Below are positions 43,733-54,269 of a DNA stretch of 64,000 nt, one piece after another. A program made the position numbers and the translations under genes. How positions within the stretch are numbered: the stretch's first letter is position 1; each line of letters starts with the position of its first letter. Source of the stretch: Planctomycetota bacterium (lineage in GTDB: Bacteria > Planctomycetota > B15-G4); contig CBDFJQ010000002.1 in NCBI GenBank assembly GCA_965248575.1, positions 3,008,001 to 3,072,000 of the forward strand. The letters run 5' to 3'. The notes beneath the pieces are model-generated. The model was given only the letters and a program-made list of their open reading frames with translations. It ran no database searches and was not told the origin of the DNA.

Positions 43733-45010
43733 CTAGCGGCCCGTCCCCCCACGGTCGCCACCCTGCCCTTGAGGGAACTGGTTGCGTGGATCGATGCGCC
43801 CCTCCTTGTTGGTGGGCGCGTACTCGGAGAGCACCCACTCGGCCCAGGCAGATTCGAAGCCGATGGTGCTGAGAGACCAGCACTGCTTCAGGATGTCGCG
43901 GGTGGACGCTTCCTTTTTGGCCATCTCCATGGCCTTGCCCATGGCCTTCGCGTCCTTCGACATCAGGAAGTCCACCCAGGACCAGACGAACTGATGCTCC
44001 CGCGCCGTCAGGGCTTGCGTGGGTTTGGTGACGACCTCGGGAAAGGACGCGGCATCCTCGGCCATCACGGCTTTCCAGATGTTCTTGCGCCAGTCCCCGC
44101 CCTTCCAGCGCGCCTTGGCGTCGTGCTCGCGGATGCAGAAGGTGCTGCACTCGCCGTCGAAGTCCATTTCGAACCAATGGGCCAGGCCTGCATCCACCCA
44201 GCCGTACTTGTCATTCAGCCACGGCGGTGAGAGCCCCTTCTGCCCGGTCTTGAACCAATGGATGTCGTAGAAGACGGAGGTGAACTGGTGCAGGGCGCTG
44301 TGGATCCAATGGCGGTGGAAGTCATCGTCGCTTGGGTGGGCTGACTTGTCGCGCCACATCACCACCACGGACTCCTTGTCCGCGCCGCCAGCGCGCTTCA
44401 CCGTGCCGCTGCCTTGCAGGCCTGCGTAGACGGGTCCGGCCGTCAGCGCCTGGCGCTCCTTCTCCAGCACGTACCACCAGTGCTTGTTGCGCATGTTCTG
44501 GCTGTCATCGATCTCGAACAGCTCCTGGAACGTCGCGTAGAGCTCTTCCATGCGGCGCGCATAGAGGTGGGCGGCGTGATGCATCTTCACCGACTTGCGG
44601 TTGACCGAGATCTTGGGCACGTTCCAGCTGATGACGAAGTGGGTCGTCTCCACGTGAGCCAGGTCCGTGTCGAGGAAGTCGTCGACCTTGCGCCGTTCTG
44701 CGAGCCAAGCCTGCTTGTCCGCAGCGATGCCGTCCCACTTGAGCTTGGACTTCTCATAGACCGAGGGGGTCTTGCAGCGCGGGCACGGCTTCCAATCCAT
44801 GGCCATGTCCTTGGCCTCGATGGCGTCGGCGCAGTTCAGCACCTGCCACGTCTCCCCATGCTCGTGATCGACGGAGAACTTGCCTTCGACCTCAAGCGGC
44901 ACGGCGCCCGTGGTCTTGCAGGCGCCGCACAATTGTTCTCCCGTTTCTTGGGCGCCCGCGACAGGAACCAGCAGGGCGAGAGAGGCGAACAGGATGCGAA
45001 GAGGGGTCAA
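43733..45010 (-). CDS. exported hypothetical protein with CxxC pairs and a degenerate zincin-like domain
   Basis: Signal peptide; CGAC and CPRC; HSALHQ...WVDAGLAHWFE. Confidence 0.65.
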   Translation of the reverse strand: MTPLRILFASLALLVPVAGAQETGEQLCGACKTTGAVPLEVEGKFSVDHEHGETWQVLNCADAIEAKDMAMDWKPCPRCKTPSVYEKSKLKWDGIAADKQAWLAERRKVDDFLDTDLAHVETTHFVISWNVPKISVNRKSVKMHHAAHLYARRMEELYATFQELFEIDDSQNMRNKHWWYVLEKERQALTAGPVYAGLQGSGTVKRAGGADKESVVVMWRDKSAHPSDDDFHRHWIHSALHQFTSVFYDIHWFKTGQKGLSPPWLNDKYGWVDAGLAHWFEMDFDGECSTFCIREHDAKARWKGGDWRKNIWKAVMAEDAASFPEVVTKPTQALTAREHQFVWSWVDFLMSKDAKAMGKAMEMAKKEASTRDILKQCWSLSTIGFESAWAEWVLSEYAPTNKEGRIDPRNQFPQGQGGDRGGTGR

Positions 45011-46359
45011 CGGGCTTCTCCGGGCGAGGGTGCTGCGGGCCGGTCATCATGCCGCTGCCAGACCACCGCGCCACTTTTGACCACGGCCGTCACGGGGTTC
45101 CAGCCCATCTGGTAGCCCAGGAAGAGGTGATTCGGGACGTCGAGTATTGCGAGATCTGCAACGGCGCCGGGCTGGATGCGCCCCCGAATTCCGGGCAGAC
45201 CCAGGGTTTCAGCCGCATTCCGTGTCGCTGCCGTGATGGCCTCGGCCACGGTCATGTCGAGCAGCCCACACGCCAAGGCAATGATCTCCACCATGGACTG
45301 AATGTAGGACGTGCCCGGGTTGAAGTCCGTCGCCAGGGCGACCGGCAGGCCCGCTTCGATCATGCGTCGGGCTGGGGCCACCTCGCGGATGCGCAAGGAG
45401 AAGCAGGTGCCGGGCAGCAGCACGGGAGTCGTGCCCGACTTGACCAACGCTTCGATGCCAGCGTCGGAGATCTTCACCAGATGGTCGGCGGTCTGCGCCC
45501 CCATTTCGGCGGCCAACTCAGACGCCCCCACCGCGGCCAGTTCGTCGGCATGGACACGAATCGCCAGACCCAGGTCGCGCGCTGCCTGCAGGACGAGTCG
45601 GGCCTCGTCCACCGTGAACGCCCCATCATCGCAGAACACATCGGCCGACCGGGCCAGGCTGTGCTCCACGACGTGCGGCAGGATCTTCTTGGAGACCAAC
45701 TCCACGTAGGCCTCCCGATGCTCGGCGAACTCCGGGGGCACCTGGTGTGCCGCGAGGCAGGTCCGATCGATGTCGATGGCGTGGGTCGAGTCACAGGAGG
45801 CCAACAACTCCAGCGACATGACCTCTGATTCCAGATCCAGCCCATACCCGCTCTTGGCCTCGATGCTGGTGGTTCCGCACATGACGAAGCGATCGAGGCG
45901 CTCGGTGAGCGGCTTGCGCAAGGCCTCCGACGTCGTGTCGCGCAAGGCCCTCACCGAGGAGAAGATACCGCCTCCCGAGCGAGTGATGTCCTGATAGGTC
46001 CCACCGCGAGCCCGAAGGTCGAACTCCCCCTCGCGAGTGGTGGCGAAGACCGGGTGGGTGTGGGCATCGCAAAAGCCTGGCAGGACGATGCCTCCGCGGG
46101 CCGAGACCTCCCGTTCGGCCTCAAAGGAGGCATGGATCTCCGTTCCGGTGCCCACCGCGACGATCAGGCCGTCTCGCATGGCCACGGCACCGTCGGGAAT
46201 CACGTGCAACTCATCCATGGCCTTTCCCGTGGCGGCGGCCCCGGTCGAAGCAGCATCCCCTGTGGCAGGGGGCGAGGCCGAGGACAGCGCGTCGAGGCTG
46301 TCACTGACGGTGACCACCTCCTGCGCCTCATCGACAATCAGGTCGACCTGTTCCTTCAT
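45007..46359 (-). CDS. hutI: imidazolonepropionase
   Basis: PGFCDAHTHPVF, GTTSIEAKSGYGL, HADEL and ALATDFNPG motifs. Confidence 0.93.
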   Translation of the reverse strand: MKEQVDLIVDEAQEVVTVSDSLDALSSASPPATGDAASTGAAATGKAMDELHVIPDGAVAMRDGLIVAVGTGTEIHASFEAEREVSARGGIVLPGFCDAHTHPVFATTREGEFDLRARGGTYQDITRSGGGIFSSVRALRDTTSEALRKPLTERLDRFVMCGTTSIEAKSGYGLDLESEVMSLELLASCDSTHAIDIDRTCLAAHQVPPEFAEHREAYVELVSKKILPHVVEHSLARSADVFCDDGAFTVDEARLVLQAARDLGLAIRVHADELAAVGASELAAEMGAQTADHLVKISDAGIEALVKSGTTPVLLPGTCFSLRIREVAPARRMIEAGLPVALATDFNPGTSYIQSMVEIIALACGLLDMTVAEAITAATRNAAETLGLPGIRGRIQPGAVADLAILDVPNHLFLGYQMGWNPVTAVVKSGAVVWQRHDDRPAAPSPGEAR

Positions 46360-46391
46360 GCTGTTCTCACTGGGGTCATGGCGATTCTGGG

Positions 46392-47816
46392 TTGGCGGCA
46401 AGCGCCATCGTTCCACCGATGCTGGCAGGCGTTATACTCCACCATGCGGTGCGGGACGCTCCCGGGCCGCCGCCAACGGCGGGCGACGCTCCGCCCCGAA
46501 CCCACGCGGACAACCTGGAACCTCCACCTACCTTTTCGGTTCTCGGCAGCCTCTCCGCCAACTCCCCCACTCTGTGGTGGGCTGTGGCTGTGGGCACACT
46601 GTCCTTCGTCTTGGCCGCTGTCGAGCATGGGTGGACACGCCTGTCTCGAACTCGGCTGGCTGAGACGGCCTCCGGACCCGACGCGCGATCGCGCCTCGAG
46701 AAGATGTTGGCCCAGGGTGATCGCGTTCAAGACGCACTCATCGTGCTGCGCGTGGCTTCCCAGGTCACACTCATCTCGCTGCTCACCCTTCTCGCCCGTG
46801 ACGTGCTGGGCGGGACGGACACCGCCTCCCGGCTGATCACCGCCACGGCCTCGGCCGGAGTTGTGTCCTTCCTCTGGATCACGCTCTTCTGTCGCGTGCT
46901 CCCCGGCGAAATGACCGCGGCACGCCTGGAAGGCTTCGTGCGCTCAACCATGCCGGCCTTGGTGGCCTTCTCGTACATCCTCGGGCCGCCCATCAATGTC
47001 TTCCGGCGCCTTGCCCGCCGCGTCACCGGGCACACGCCGGAGGTGGATGCCGAGCTCTACCAAGACGAGATCCTCAGCCAACTCGAGGAAGGCGAACGAG
47101 AGGGGCACTTGGGCGGTGAGCAGGCAGACATGATCGAAGCCGTGCTCGAGTTGCGCACGACCGAAGTTCACCACCTGATGACACCGCGCACCGAGATCGA
47201 CGTCGTGGACATCGATTCCAGCGTCGAAGAGGCGCGCAGCATGACACAGGAGACGGGTCGCTCCCGCTATCCCCTCGTCGAAGGCACCGTCGACAAGGTC
47301 GTCGGCGTCCTGCACGTAAAGGACCTGCTCAGCAAGGACGGCGCTGCCCCCCTGAAGGAACTCGCGCGGGAGCCCTGGTTCGTGCCCGAAAGCAAGTTCT
47401 GTACGGAGCTCCTCGCCGAGTTCCGCCTGAAGCACCAACACCTGGCCGTCGTCCTGGACGAATACGGTGGCACGGCTGGCATCATCACCATCGAGGACGT
47501 GCTGGAAGAGATCGTCGGCGAGATCGACGACGAGTTCGACGACGAGGAAGAGGAGCCGGAGCTCGAAATCATCGGGCCTCGCCATGCCGTGGCCCAGGGC
47601 GCCATGCACGTGGATGAACTGAACGAGAAGCTCTCCATCCAACTCCCCGAGGACGACGACTGGTCGACCTTGGGTGGGCTTATCTTCCACACCTTGGGCC
47701 GTTTGCCAGAAGAAGGCGAAGAGCTGCGACAGGGGCACGTCGTGCTGCGCATCGACAAGGTGATCGACCGCCGGATCGACAAGGTCACGGTCGAGATCCT
47801 CGAAGAAGTCGCGTAA
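46392..47816 (+). CDS. hemolysin-family CNNM/CBS/CorC protein (start uncertain)
   Basis: MTPRTEI, SRYP, VLDEYGGTAGIITIEDVLEEIVGEI and TLGGL motifs. Confidence 0.88.
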   Translation: MAASAIVPPMLAGVILHHAVRDAPGPPPTAGDAPPRTHADNLEPPPTFSVLGSLSANSPTLWWAVAVGTLSFVLAAVEHGWTRLSRTRLAETASGPDARSRLEKMLAQGDRVQDALIVLRVASQVTLISLLTLLARDVLGGTDTASRLITATASAGVVSFLWITLFCRVLPGEMTAARLEGFVRSTMPALVAFSYILGPPINVFRRLARRVTGHTPEVDAELYQDEILSQLEEGEREGHLGGEQADMIEAVLELRTTEVHHLMTPRTEIDVVDIDSSVEEARSMTQETGRSRYPLVEGTVDKVVGVLHVKDLLSKDGAAPLKELAREPWFVPESKFCTELLAEFRLKHQHLAVVLDEYGGTAGIITIEDVLEEIVGEIDDEFDDEEEEPELEIIGPRHAVAQGAMHVDELNEKLSIQLPEDDDWSTLGGLIFHTLGRLPEEGEELRQGHVVLRIDKVIDRRIDKVTVEILEEVA

Positions 47817-47857
47817 GGCGCACGTCGGCCGCGGCCCCCGCACGGGAGGCGCGTGGC

Positions 47858-48943
47858 TCAGAGGAAGCGCTTCAAGCCCCGCGCTTCCAACTCCTTCACC
47901 AAGGCCTTCACTCCCTGGTCGTCATCTCGGCGGCAGACAAGCGTCGCGTCGGGGGTGTGCACGACGATCAGGTTGTCCACGCCCTTCAGCGCGACGACTC
48001 CTCCCTCCGTCGTGGCGACGAGGTTGTTTTTTGCCTCGAGGCACACGGCGGTGCCGTCCACGACGTTGCCGTGCCCGTCCGCGGTTCCCAGGCGCTCCAG
48101 GGAAGACCAGGAACCCACATCATCCCAGTCGAGCGGCAACGGCATCATGAGCGTGCCGCTCAGCTTCTCCATCACGCCCTTGTCGATGGACGCCTTTGGC
48201 AACAGAGGAAACCCGGCCGCGAGATCTGCGGCGAAGCTCTCCGTCCCCCAGCCCGCAGTGATGCGTTGCAAGCCAGCCAGCAGCTCCGGCAGGTGGGCCT
48301 GGAAGGCGTTCAGCATCCCGTCGGGGCGGAAGGCGAACAGGCCTGCATTCCAGGCGTAGCCACCTGCAGCGAACATCTCCTGGGCCCGACCCTCCTGGGG
48401 CTTCTCGACGAAGGCGTCCAAGGCGAACACCTCCTTGCCGCCGTAGGCGCCGGCGCGCTCGCCCCGCTGGAGCCAGCCATAGCCCGTCTCGGGGCGAGTG
48501 GGCTCCACGCCAAACACCAGCACCCTGTCCGGGAAGTCAGCGAGTGCTGCCTCTGCGCCCTGCAGGTGGTCTCGGAACACCGCTGCGGGCGCGATCAACT
48601 GGTCCGCTGGCATGGCCACCACCGTGGCCTCTGGATCCAGGCTGCGGACGATGCCCGCAGCCAAGCCGATGCAGGCCGCCGTATCGCGCGCCGCGGGCTC
48701 ACCCACGACCTGGGCCGCGGGAATCTCCGGCAAGAGGTCGCGCACGGCGTCCACAGTGTGCGCCGCGGTCACCACGAGCTGCCGGGAGGGAGGAATCAGG
48801 TCGCCAAGGCGCGTGCTCGTCTGAACGAGCAAGGCCTCTTCGCCGCCGATGGGCAGCAGCTGTTTGGGACGCGCGGTTCGGCTGGCAGGCCAGAAACGTG
48901 TTCCCGAGCCCCCTGCCATGAGGACGGCAAAGAGATGACTCAA
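47858..48943 (-). CDS. manC: mannose-1-phosphate guanylyltransferase
   Basis: MAGGSGTRFWPASR..PKQ, ETGYG, FVEKP, WNAG and WDDVGSW motifs. Confidence 0.9.
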   Translation of the reverse strand: MSHLFAVLMAGGSGTRFWPASRTARPKQLLPIGGEEALLVQTSTRLGDLIPPSRQLVVTAAHTVDAVRDLLPEIPAAQVVGEPAARDTAACIGLAAGIVRSLDPEATVVAMPADQLIAPAAVFRDHLQGAEAALADFPDRVLVFGVEPTRPETGYGWLQRGERAGAYGGKEVFALDAFVEKPQEGRAQEMFAAGGYAWNAGLFAFRPDGMLNAFQAHLPELLAGLQRITAGWGTESFAADLAAGFPLLPKASIDKGVMEKLSGTLMMPLPLDWDDVGSWSSLERLGTADGHGNVVDGTAVCLEAKNNLVATTEGGVVALKGVDNLIVVHTPDATLVCRRDDDQGVKALVKELEARGLKRFL

Positions 48944-50148
48944 GACTCTGATGCTCCCGCGACCCCACCCGGCGATGGTGCCTCACGGTTCGAGACACGC
49001 TCGGCGACACGCGGTTTCGCCTCCGGGCGTTCGTAGACCCGGCGCACGCGCTTGCCCACGCTACAAGCCACCTCATACGGGATCGTGCCGATCAAGCTGG
49101 CCACCTCCGGGATACCGATGTTCTGTGCGCCATCACGCCCGATCAGCGTGACGACATCACCCACGGACACACCCGGGATGTGGCCGACGTCCAAGGTGGT
49201 GTAGTCCATGGAGATGGCGCCGACGATGGGTGCCAGGGTCTCACGCACGAGAGCCCGTCCGCGATTGCTCAGGCGGTACGCGAGGCCGTCGTTGTAACCC
49301 ACCGGCAAGGTGGCAATGCGCGTCGCCCGGCTGGTGACATGGGTGCCGTTGTAGCCCACCGGCGTTTCCGGCGGGACGTCCTTGAGATAGACGACCTGGG
49401 TTCGCAGGGACATGACCGGCTCGAGGTCCGGGGCGTGGGGCGCCAGCTCGGGAGCGAGCACGCCGTAGAGCGAGATGCCGGGGCGCACCAGCGCGAGGCC
49501 GGTGCCCAGATCGCCCAGGATGGCGGCGGTGTTCGAAAGGTGGGTCAGGGGAGGTCGGATGCCTTCGGCTGCCAACTCCTCCATGAGCTGTGCCAGCTTC
49601 TCATGCTGAAGCTGGGCGAAGGGGTGCCCGGGGCGCGACGAAGACACATGGCTGGCCATGCCCTCCAGCTCCAACCACTCGCAGGCATCGATGCGCCGCG
49701 CCAACTCTGCGGCCCGGGGCGGCTGGGCCCCCAACCGGCCCATACCCGTGTCCACCATGAGATGCACAGGCAGGCGCTTGCCCTGCCGGCGAGCCTCATC
49801 CTCGAGGCTCTGGATCCGGTGCATCGAGTGGATGCAGACGCGCACGTCGTGGCTGACCACCTGACGCACCTCGTCCTCGATGATGGTGCCCAAGATGAGG
49901 ATCGGCGCCTCGACCCCAGCGGCACGCAGTTCGAGAGCCTCGGCGGAATCTCCGACCCCAAAGCCCCAGAGGGCTGGTTCGTCGGCCAAGGCCCGCGCCA
50001 CGGGAACCGCGCCGTGCCCGTAGGCATCTGCCTTGACCACAGCGAGGATCGACGACGCCTTGCCGACCCGCTCGCCCACCCGACGAAAGTTCCGGCACAG
50101 AGCAGCGAGATCGATATCCGCCCAGACTCTGTGACCGTGTGCATTCAT
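48940..50148 (-). CDS. alr: alanine racemase
   Basis: AVVKADAYGHG, VDTGMGRLG, VRPGISLYG and IPYEV motifs. Confidence 0.95.
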   Translation of the reverse strand: MNAHGHRVWADIDLAALCRNFRRVGERVGKASSILAVVKADAYGHGAVPVARALADEPALWGFGVGDSAEALELRAAGVEAPILILGTIIEDEVRQVVSHDVRVCIHSMHRIQSLEDEARRQGKRLPVHLMVDTGMGRLGAQPPRAAELARRIDACEWLELEGMASHVSSSRPGHPFAQLQHEKLAQLMEELAAEGIRPPLTHLSNTAAILGDLGTGLALVRPGISLYGVLAPELAPHAPDLEPVMSLRTQVVYLKDVPPETPVGYNGTHVTSRATRIATLPVGYNDGLAYRLSNRGRALVRETLAPIVGAISMDYTTLDVGHIPGVSVGDVVTLIGRDGAQNIGIPEVASLIGTIPYEVACSVGKRVRRVYERPEAKPRVAERVSNREAPSPGGVAGASES

Positions 50149-50873
50149 CGTCGGCGTGCTCTCTCCTCGAGGGCAATTTCTGCGTGGGAGCGCTTGAGGT
50201 AGAGCGGCAGCACCGTAGCGGGGTCATCGCCGCCAGCCGAGAGCCGTCGCCTCCCCAAGGCGGCCACATCGTAGCCCTCCGGGTGCGGCTCCCGAACCAC
50301 GATCTGTGAAGAGCCCGACTTCGCCAGCCCTGACTCAAGCTCTGTGATCTCGGAGGCAGGCACCAGGCAGGGCTGCGCCGTTTCCAGCAACCACTGGCCG
50401 TCACGCTGGTAATCGGCGCGGTAGCACTCGTCTCGACGCGCATCCAGGACGACGGTCACGTGCTGGATGTCGTTCGCGGCGCTCGGCGTACCATCAACAG
50501 GGACGGCGGCCTCGGCCGGCAGAACGCCCCGTCGGAGGACACCAAGGGCGGCAGCCTCCACCGACACGACGCCAGCGAAGGGAATCGCATGGGGGAAACT
50601 CAGCCCACGTGCGAACGCGATCGCCGCCCTCAAGCCGGTGTAGGAGCCGGGGCCGATGCCCACGACCACACCGCCCAGATCTGCCACCTGCAGCTGCCTT
50701 GCCTGCAGCAGGGACTCGGCCTGCACAGCCATCTGAGCCGTGCCACGCACTCCGGGCTGCTGGGTCCATTGGCCCCAGGGCTCTCCCTCAGGTCCCAGAA
50801 GTGCCACGGTCGGGCGCGCCGAGGCGTCCACGGCGAGCACCGCCAACTCCTGCAGCTCTGGGGCGTGCGTCAC
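50145..50873 (-). CDS. tsaB: tRNA t6A biosynthesis protein TsaB
   Basis: GPGSYTGLR, DARRDECY and PLYLK..HAE motifs. Confidence 0.9.
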   Translation of the reverse strand: MTHAPELQELAVLAVDASARPTVALLGPEGEPWGQWTQQPGVRGTAQMAVQAESLLQARQLQVADLGGVVVGIGPGSYTGLRAAIAFARGLSFPHAIPFAGVVSVEAAALGVLRRGVLPAEAAVPVDGTPSAANDIQHVTVVLDARRDECYRADYQRDGQWLLETAQPCLVPASEITELESGLAKSGSSQIVVREPHPEGYDVAALGRRRLSAGGDDPATVLPLYLKRSHAEIALEERARRR

Positions 50874-52273
50874 GCAGAGGCGCCCTGGGAGCCGAAAAGC
50901 GTCACCTGCTCCTTCCAGATCTGAGCAAGCTCGGCCGTCAGGTCCTTCACCACCTGGGCATCCACGCCTTCGACCATGACCCGCGCCAGGTCTTCGGTGC
51001 CGGAGTAGCGCAACACGATGCGGATGTCCGCCCCATGCTCGGCCTCGGCCGCTGCCACGCGCTCATTCAAGCCAGGCAGGCGATCGATGGGCGGCCGCGA
51101 CTCCAGGGGTACGTTGAGCAGCAGCTGTGGTACCTCGGGCACGGCGCTCACCACGTCCTCGAGCGTCTTGCCCGTGGCCACCAAGCCCTCCAGTACACGC
51201 AAGCCGGTGTAGAGCCCGTCGCCAGTGAAGTCGTTTTCGGAACCGAACAGCAGATGCCCTGATGCCTCGCCGCCCAACCCGAAGCCGCCCTCGCGCATGG
51301 CTGCATGCACGTAGCGATCACCGACGGATGTGCGCAACAGGCGGATTCCGCGCTCGGAGAGCATGCGTTCGAGACCCAGATTGCTCATGACGGTGGCCAC
51401 CACCGTGTCACCCAACAAGCTGCCCTGTTCGTGGAACCACGTCCCCAGGAAGCCCAGCATGTGGTCGCCGGTGCAGGTGCGGCCGCTGGCATCCACCATC
51501 AGGACGCGATCGGCATCCCCATCGAAGGCTAGCCCCAGGTCGAAGCCACCGCTGGCAGTTGCCGCCGCAATCGGACCGAGGTGGGTGGAACCGCAACCGT
51601 CGTTGATGTTGCGACCGTCGGGCTCGCAGGACAGCACCGTGACTTGGGCGCCCAATTCCTTGAGCACGAACGGCGCCGTGGAGCTGGCTGCGCCGTGGGC
51701 ACAATCCGCCGCCAAGCTCAGGCCGCCCAGATCCAGCTTGCCGAAGCGCTCCACCATGGCGCGCACATATCCGACGGCACCGTCTTCCAGGAGCGGAGCT
51801 GGCGCGATGCGACCTGTCTCCAACTCAGCTGGGGGTTCGGTCTCGGCCTCACCGCCGAGCGCTTCCACCCGGGCTTCCAAGGCACGCTCCTGATCGTCGG
51901 TGAGCTTGTGTCCGCCGGGGCCGAAGGTCTTCACCCCGTTGTCCCGCCACGGGTTGTGCGAGGCCGACACCACGACACCGCGCGAGGCACCGCGCACCCG
52001 CATGGCCATGGGCAGGCCGGGGGTCGGCAAGACGCCCAGATCGACCACCGACATGCCAGCCAGCGACAGGCCCTCCGCCAGGGCGGACACGATGGCCGGG
52101 CCGGATTCCCGGGTATCCCGGGCCAGCAAGACCTCGGTCGGGCCGTCGCCCTGATGATCCTCCATGGCCTGTTCGCCCATGGCACGGCCCAGGCGCACCA
52201 GGAAGGGCGCTGCCAACGGACCTTCCTCGGCACGTCCTCGGATACCGTCAGTGCCAAACCAGCGGCGGGTCAT
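50870..52273 (-). CDS. glmM: phosphoglucosamine mutase
   Basis: FGTDGIRG, SASHNP, FDGDADR, GGEASGH and RYSGTE motifs. Confidence 0.95.
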   Translation of the reverse strand: MTRRWFGTDGIRGRAEEGPLAAPFLVRLGRAMGEQAMEDHQGDGPTEVLLARDTRESGPAIVSALAEGLSLAGMSVVDLGVLPTPGLPMAMRVRGASRGVVVSASHNPWRDNGVKTFGPGGHKLTDDQERALEARVEALGGEAETEPPAELETGRIAPAPLLEDGAVGYVRAMVERFGKLDLGGLSLAADCAHGAASSTAPFVLKELGAQVTVLSCEPDGRNINDGCGSTHLGPIAAATASGGFDLGLAFDGDADRVLMVDASGRTCTGDHMLGFLGTWFHEQGSLLGDTVVATVMSNLGLERMLSERGIRLLRTSVGDRYVHAAMREGGFGLGGEASGHLLFGSENDFTGDGLYTGLRVLEGLVATGKTLEDVVSAVPEVPQLLLNVPLESRPPIDRLPGLNERVAAAEAEHGADIRIVLRYSGTEDLARVMVEGVDAQVVKDLTAELAQIWKEQVTLFGSQGASA

Positions 52274-53415
52274 GGAAGCTCTCCATCGGTGATCGTCTTG
52301 GGATCGGAGGTGGCGGACTCCAGGCTGTAATGGATTTCGGGCGGACGACCCTGAAGGTCCGTGACGTTCACCGAATCCGGAAGCCCATCCCGGTAGATCC
52401 TCACCGCCTCATCCCCCAGCGTGAGGGTGACCTGCCCCCAGTCGAAAACCGGCCGGATGCGGTCTGCCAATTGCTCCCTGGTGAGGCCCTCGAGCACGGA
52501 GCGCGGCCCGGTCACCTGCAGGTCCACGGTTTCAGTGGCGAACACGACACGCCGCTTGTTCAGCGTGAGGACGTCCGCGTTGTCGTAGCTCACGGGGATG
52601 GAAAGGAGCTGCTTGGTGATGTCCTTCGGCCGGATGGGGATGGACACCTCGACGGCCTGGCCCGCAGTGAGCAGGGTGACCTTGCGGTCAACCTTCTCCG
52701 CATCGAGCCCCACCTGCTGGCTGACCTCGAGGATGCGGCGTTCGATGTCGATGGGCATCAGCTTGAGTTGTGCCGGGTCGGCGGCGTAGAGCTCGACCTT
52801 CGAGACCGGCCCGGTGATGCGCGCCCGGTTGGGCACCACGCGAATGCTGCTGCCGTCGAAGGCATAACCGTCGCGTGGGCGCCCGACCACCACCACGTTG
52901 TCGGGCCCGAGGGTCACCTCAGCTTCGCTGCGTCGCGCCAGGGTCACGTCCAGCTTGTCGGGCTTCACCTGGAATTCCGTCAGGCTGGGTTCACCACCGC
53001 GCGCCTTGAACAGGTCCCGCCGCAGGGGAAGCGAGATCACCGCTTCGTCTTGCCCGCCCAAGGCATCCGCCTCGAACTCCAGCACCGCCGAGAGGTCGAG
53101 GTTGCGCACGTCATCCTTGTTGCCGCGAACGTCGACCCGAATGCTGTCGCGGGACTTGTAGAGCACGATGAACTCGGGCGGCACGACGAGGTAGATCGCC
53201 GGGGAGTTGTTCCGCAGTTGATCTGCCTCGGCCCGCGTGGCCACCTCTCGCACCTGCAACGGGATGCGCCGTTCGAGGGTGAGACGGTTCGCCAGCGAGT
53301 ACCAGAGGGCGACGGCCACGATCAAGGCGGTGATCTTGCGACCGATGTCCTGGCGGAACATCAGCCAGATGCGACGCCCCAGAGGGGGCTTGGGCTTGGG
53401 GCGCGCGCCGGTCAT
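52270..53415 (-). CDS. cdaR: CdaR/YbbR-like protein
   Basis: KITALIVAVALW TM helix followed by beta-rich repeats (VRG, ITGP, VTGP); lies between cdaA and glmM. Confidence 0.75.
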   Translation of the reverse strand: MTGARPKPKPPLGRRIWLMFRQDIGRKITALIVAVALWYSLANRLTLERRIPLQVREVATRAEADQLRNNSPAIYLVVPPEFIVLYKSRDSIRVDVRGNKDDVRNLDLSAVLEFEADALGGQDEAVISLPLRRDLFKARGGEPSLTEFQVKPDKLDVTLARRSEAEVTLGPDNVVVVGRPRDGYAFDGSSIRVVPNRARITGPVSKVELYAADPAQLKLMPIDIERRILEVSQQVGLDAEKVDRKVTLLTAGQAVEVSIPIRPKDITKQLLSIPVSYDNADVLTLNKRRVVFATETVDLQVTGPRSVLEGLTREQLADRIRPVFDWGQVTLTLGDEAVRIYRDGLPDSVNVTDLQGRPPEIHYSLESATSDPKTITDGELP

Positions 53416-54269
53416 GTGGCCTGGACCTCCAGGTCATAGCCATCGAGGTGCTCCGTGAGGCGCTGGATCAAGCCCTCGGCCGAGGCCACGGGCATCAGCA
53501 CGCCGCGGTGCGTGACGCTCACTCGCCCGGTCTCTTCCGAGACGACCACCGTCACCGCGTCGCTCTCCTCGCTGACCCCCAGGGCGGCCCGGTGTCGGGT
53601 CCCCATCTCCATCGTGACGGCGAGCGAGTCGCTGAGGGGCAACATGCAGGAGGCTGCCACGATGCGCCCTTCACGGACGACGACCGCACCATCGTGCAGC
53701 GGGCTCTTCGGAAAGAAGATCGCCTGGATCAACGGCCCGGAGAGTTCGGAATCCAGCGGCACCCCGGAAGCCTGGATCGTCCCCAGCCCCGTGCGCTGCT
53801 CGAACACCACCAGTGCCCCCGTCTGCGAAGCAGCAAGGGCCTGGATGGCTGCCGTGAACTCCGCCAACTGCGCCGGCGCCTCACCGCGCAGGAGCCGCGC
53901 CCGCTCACTCAAGCGCGTGAAGCCCGTACGCAATTCGGGTTGAAAGAGGATCACGAGCACGACGCCGATGATAGGCAGCAGCACACCGCCCGCCGCCTCG
54001 AGACGGGGGAACTTCAACCCGAAGAACTCGACCATCAAGGTCAAGGCGAAGAACACGCCTAGGATGATGATGGCGACACCCTTCATGACCGCTAGACCGC
54101 GAGTGCCGTGCAAGAACTTCAGCACCACGTAGAACAGCCACGTGAGCAGCGCGATCTCGATCACGGCCGCCACGAGGTCCCGGGCCTGGAGCGGTTCGAG
54201 GTGCTCCAGGAACGGAATGTCGATCACGGCTGCAGGAAGAGCCATGGGCTGAAGACTCAACCAACTCAC
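53412..54269 (-). CDS. cdaA: diadenylate cyclase
   Basis: Three TM helices; FQPELR; PLHDGA; GTRHRAALG; VSEETG. Confidence 0.93.
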   Translation of the reverse strand: MSWLSLQPMALPAAVIDIPFLEHLEPLQARDLVAAVIEIALLTWLFYVVLKFLHGTRGLAVMKGVAIIILGVFFALTLMVEFFGLKFPRLEAAGGVLLPIIGVVLVILFQPELRTGFTRLSERARLLRGEAPAQLAEFTAAIQALAASQTGALVVFEQRTGLGTIQASGVPLDSELSGPLIQAIFFPKSPLHDGAVVVREGRIVAASCMLPLSDSLAVTMEMGTRHRAALGVSEESDAVTVVVSEETGRVSVTHRGVLMPVASAEGLIQRLTEHLDGYDLEVQAT

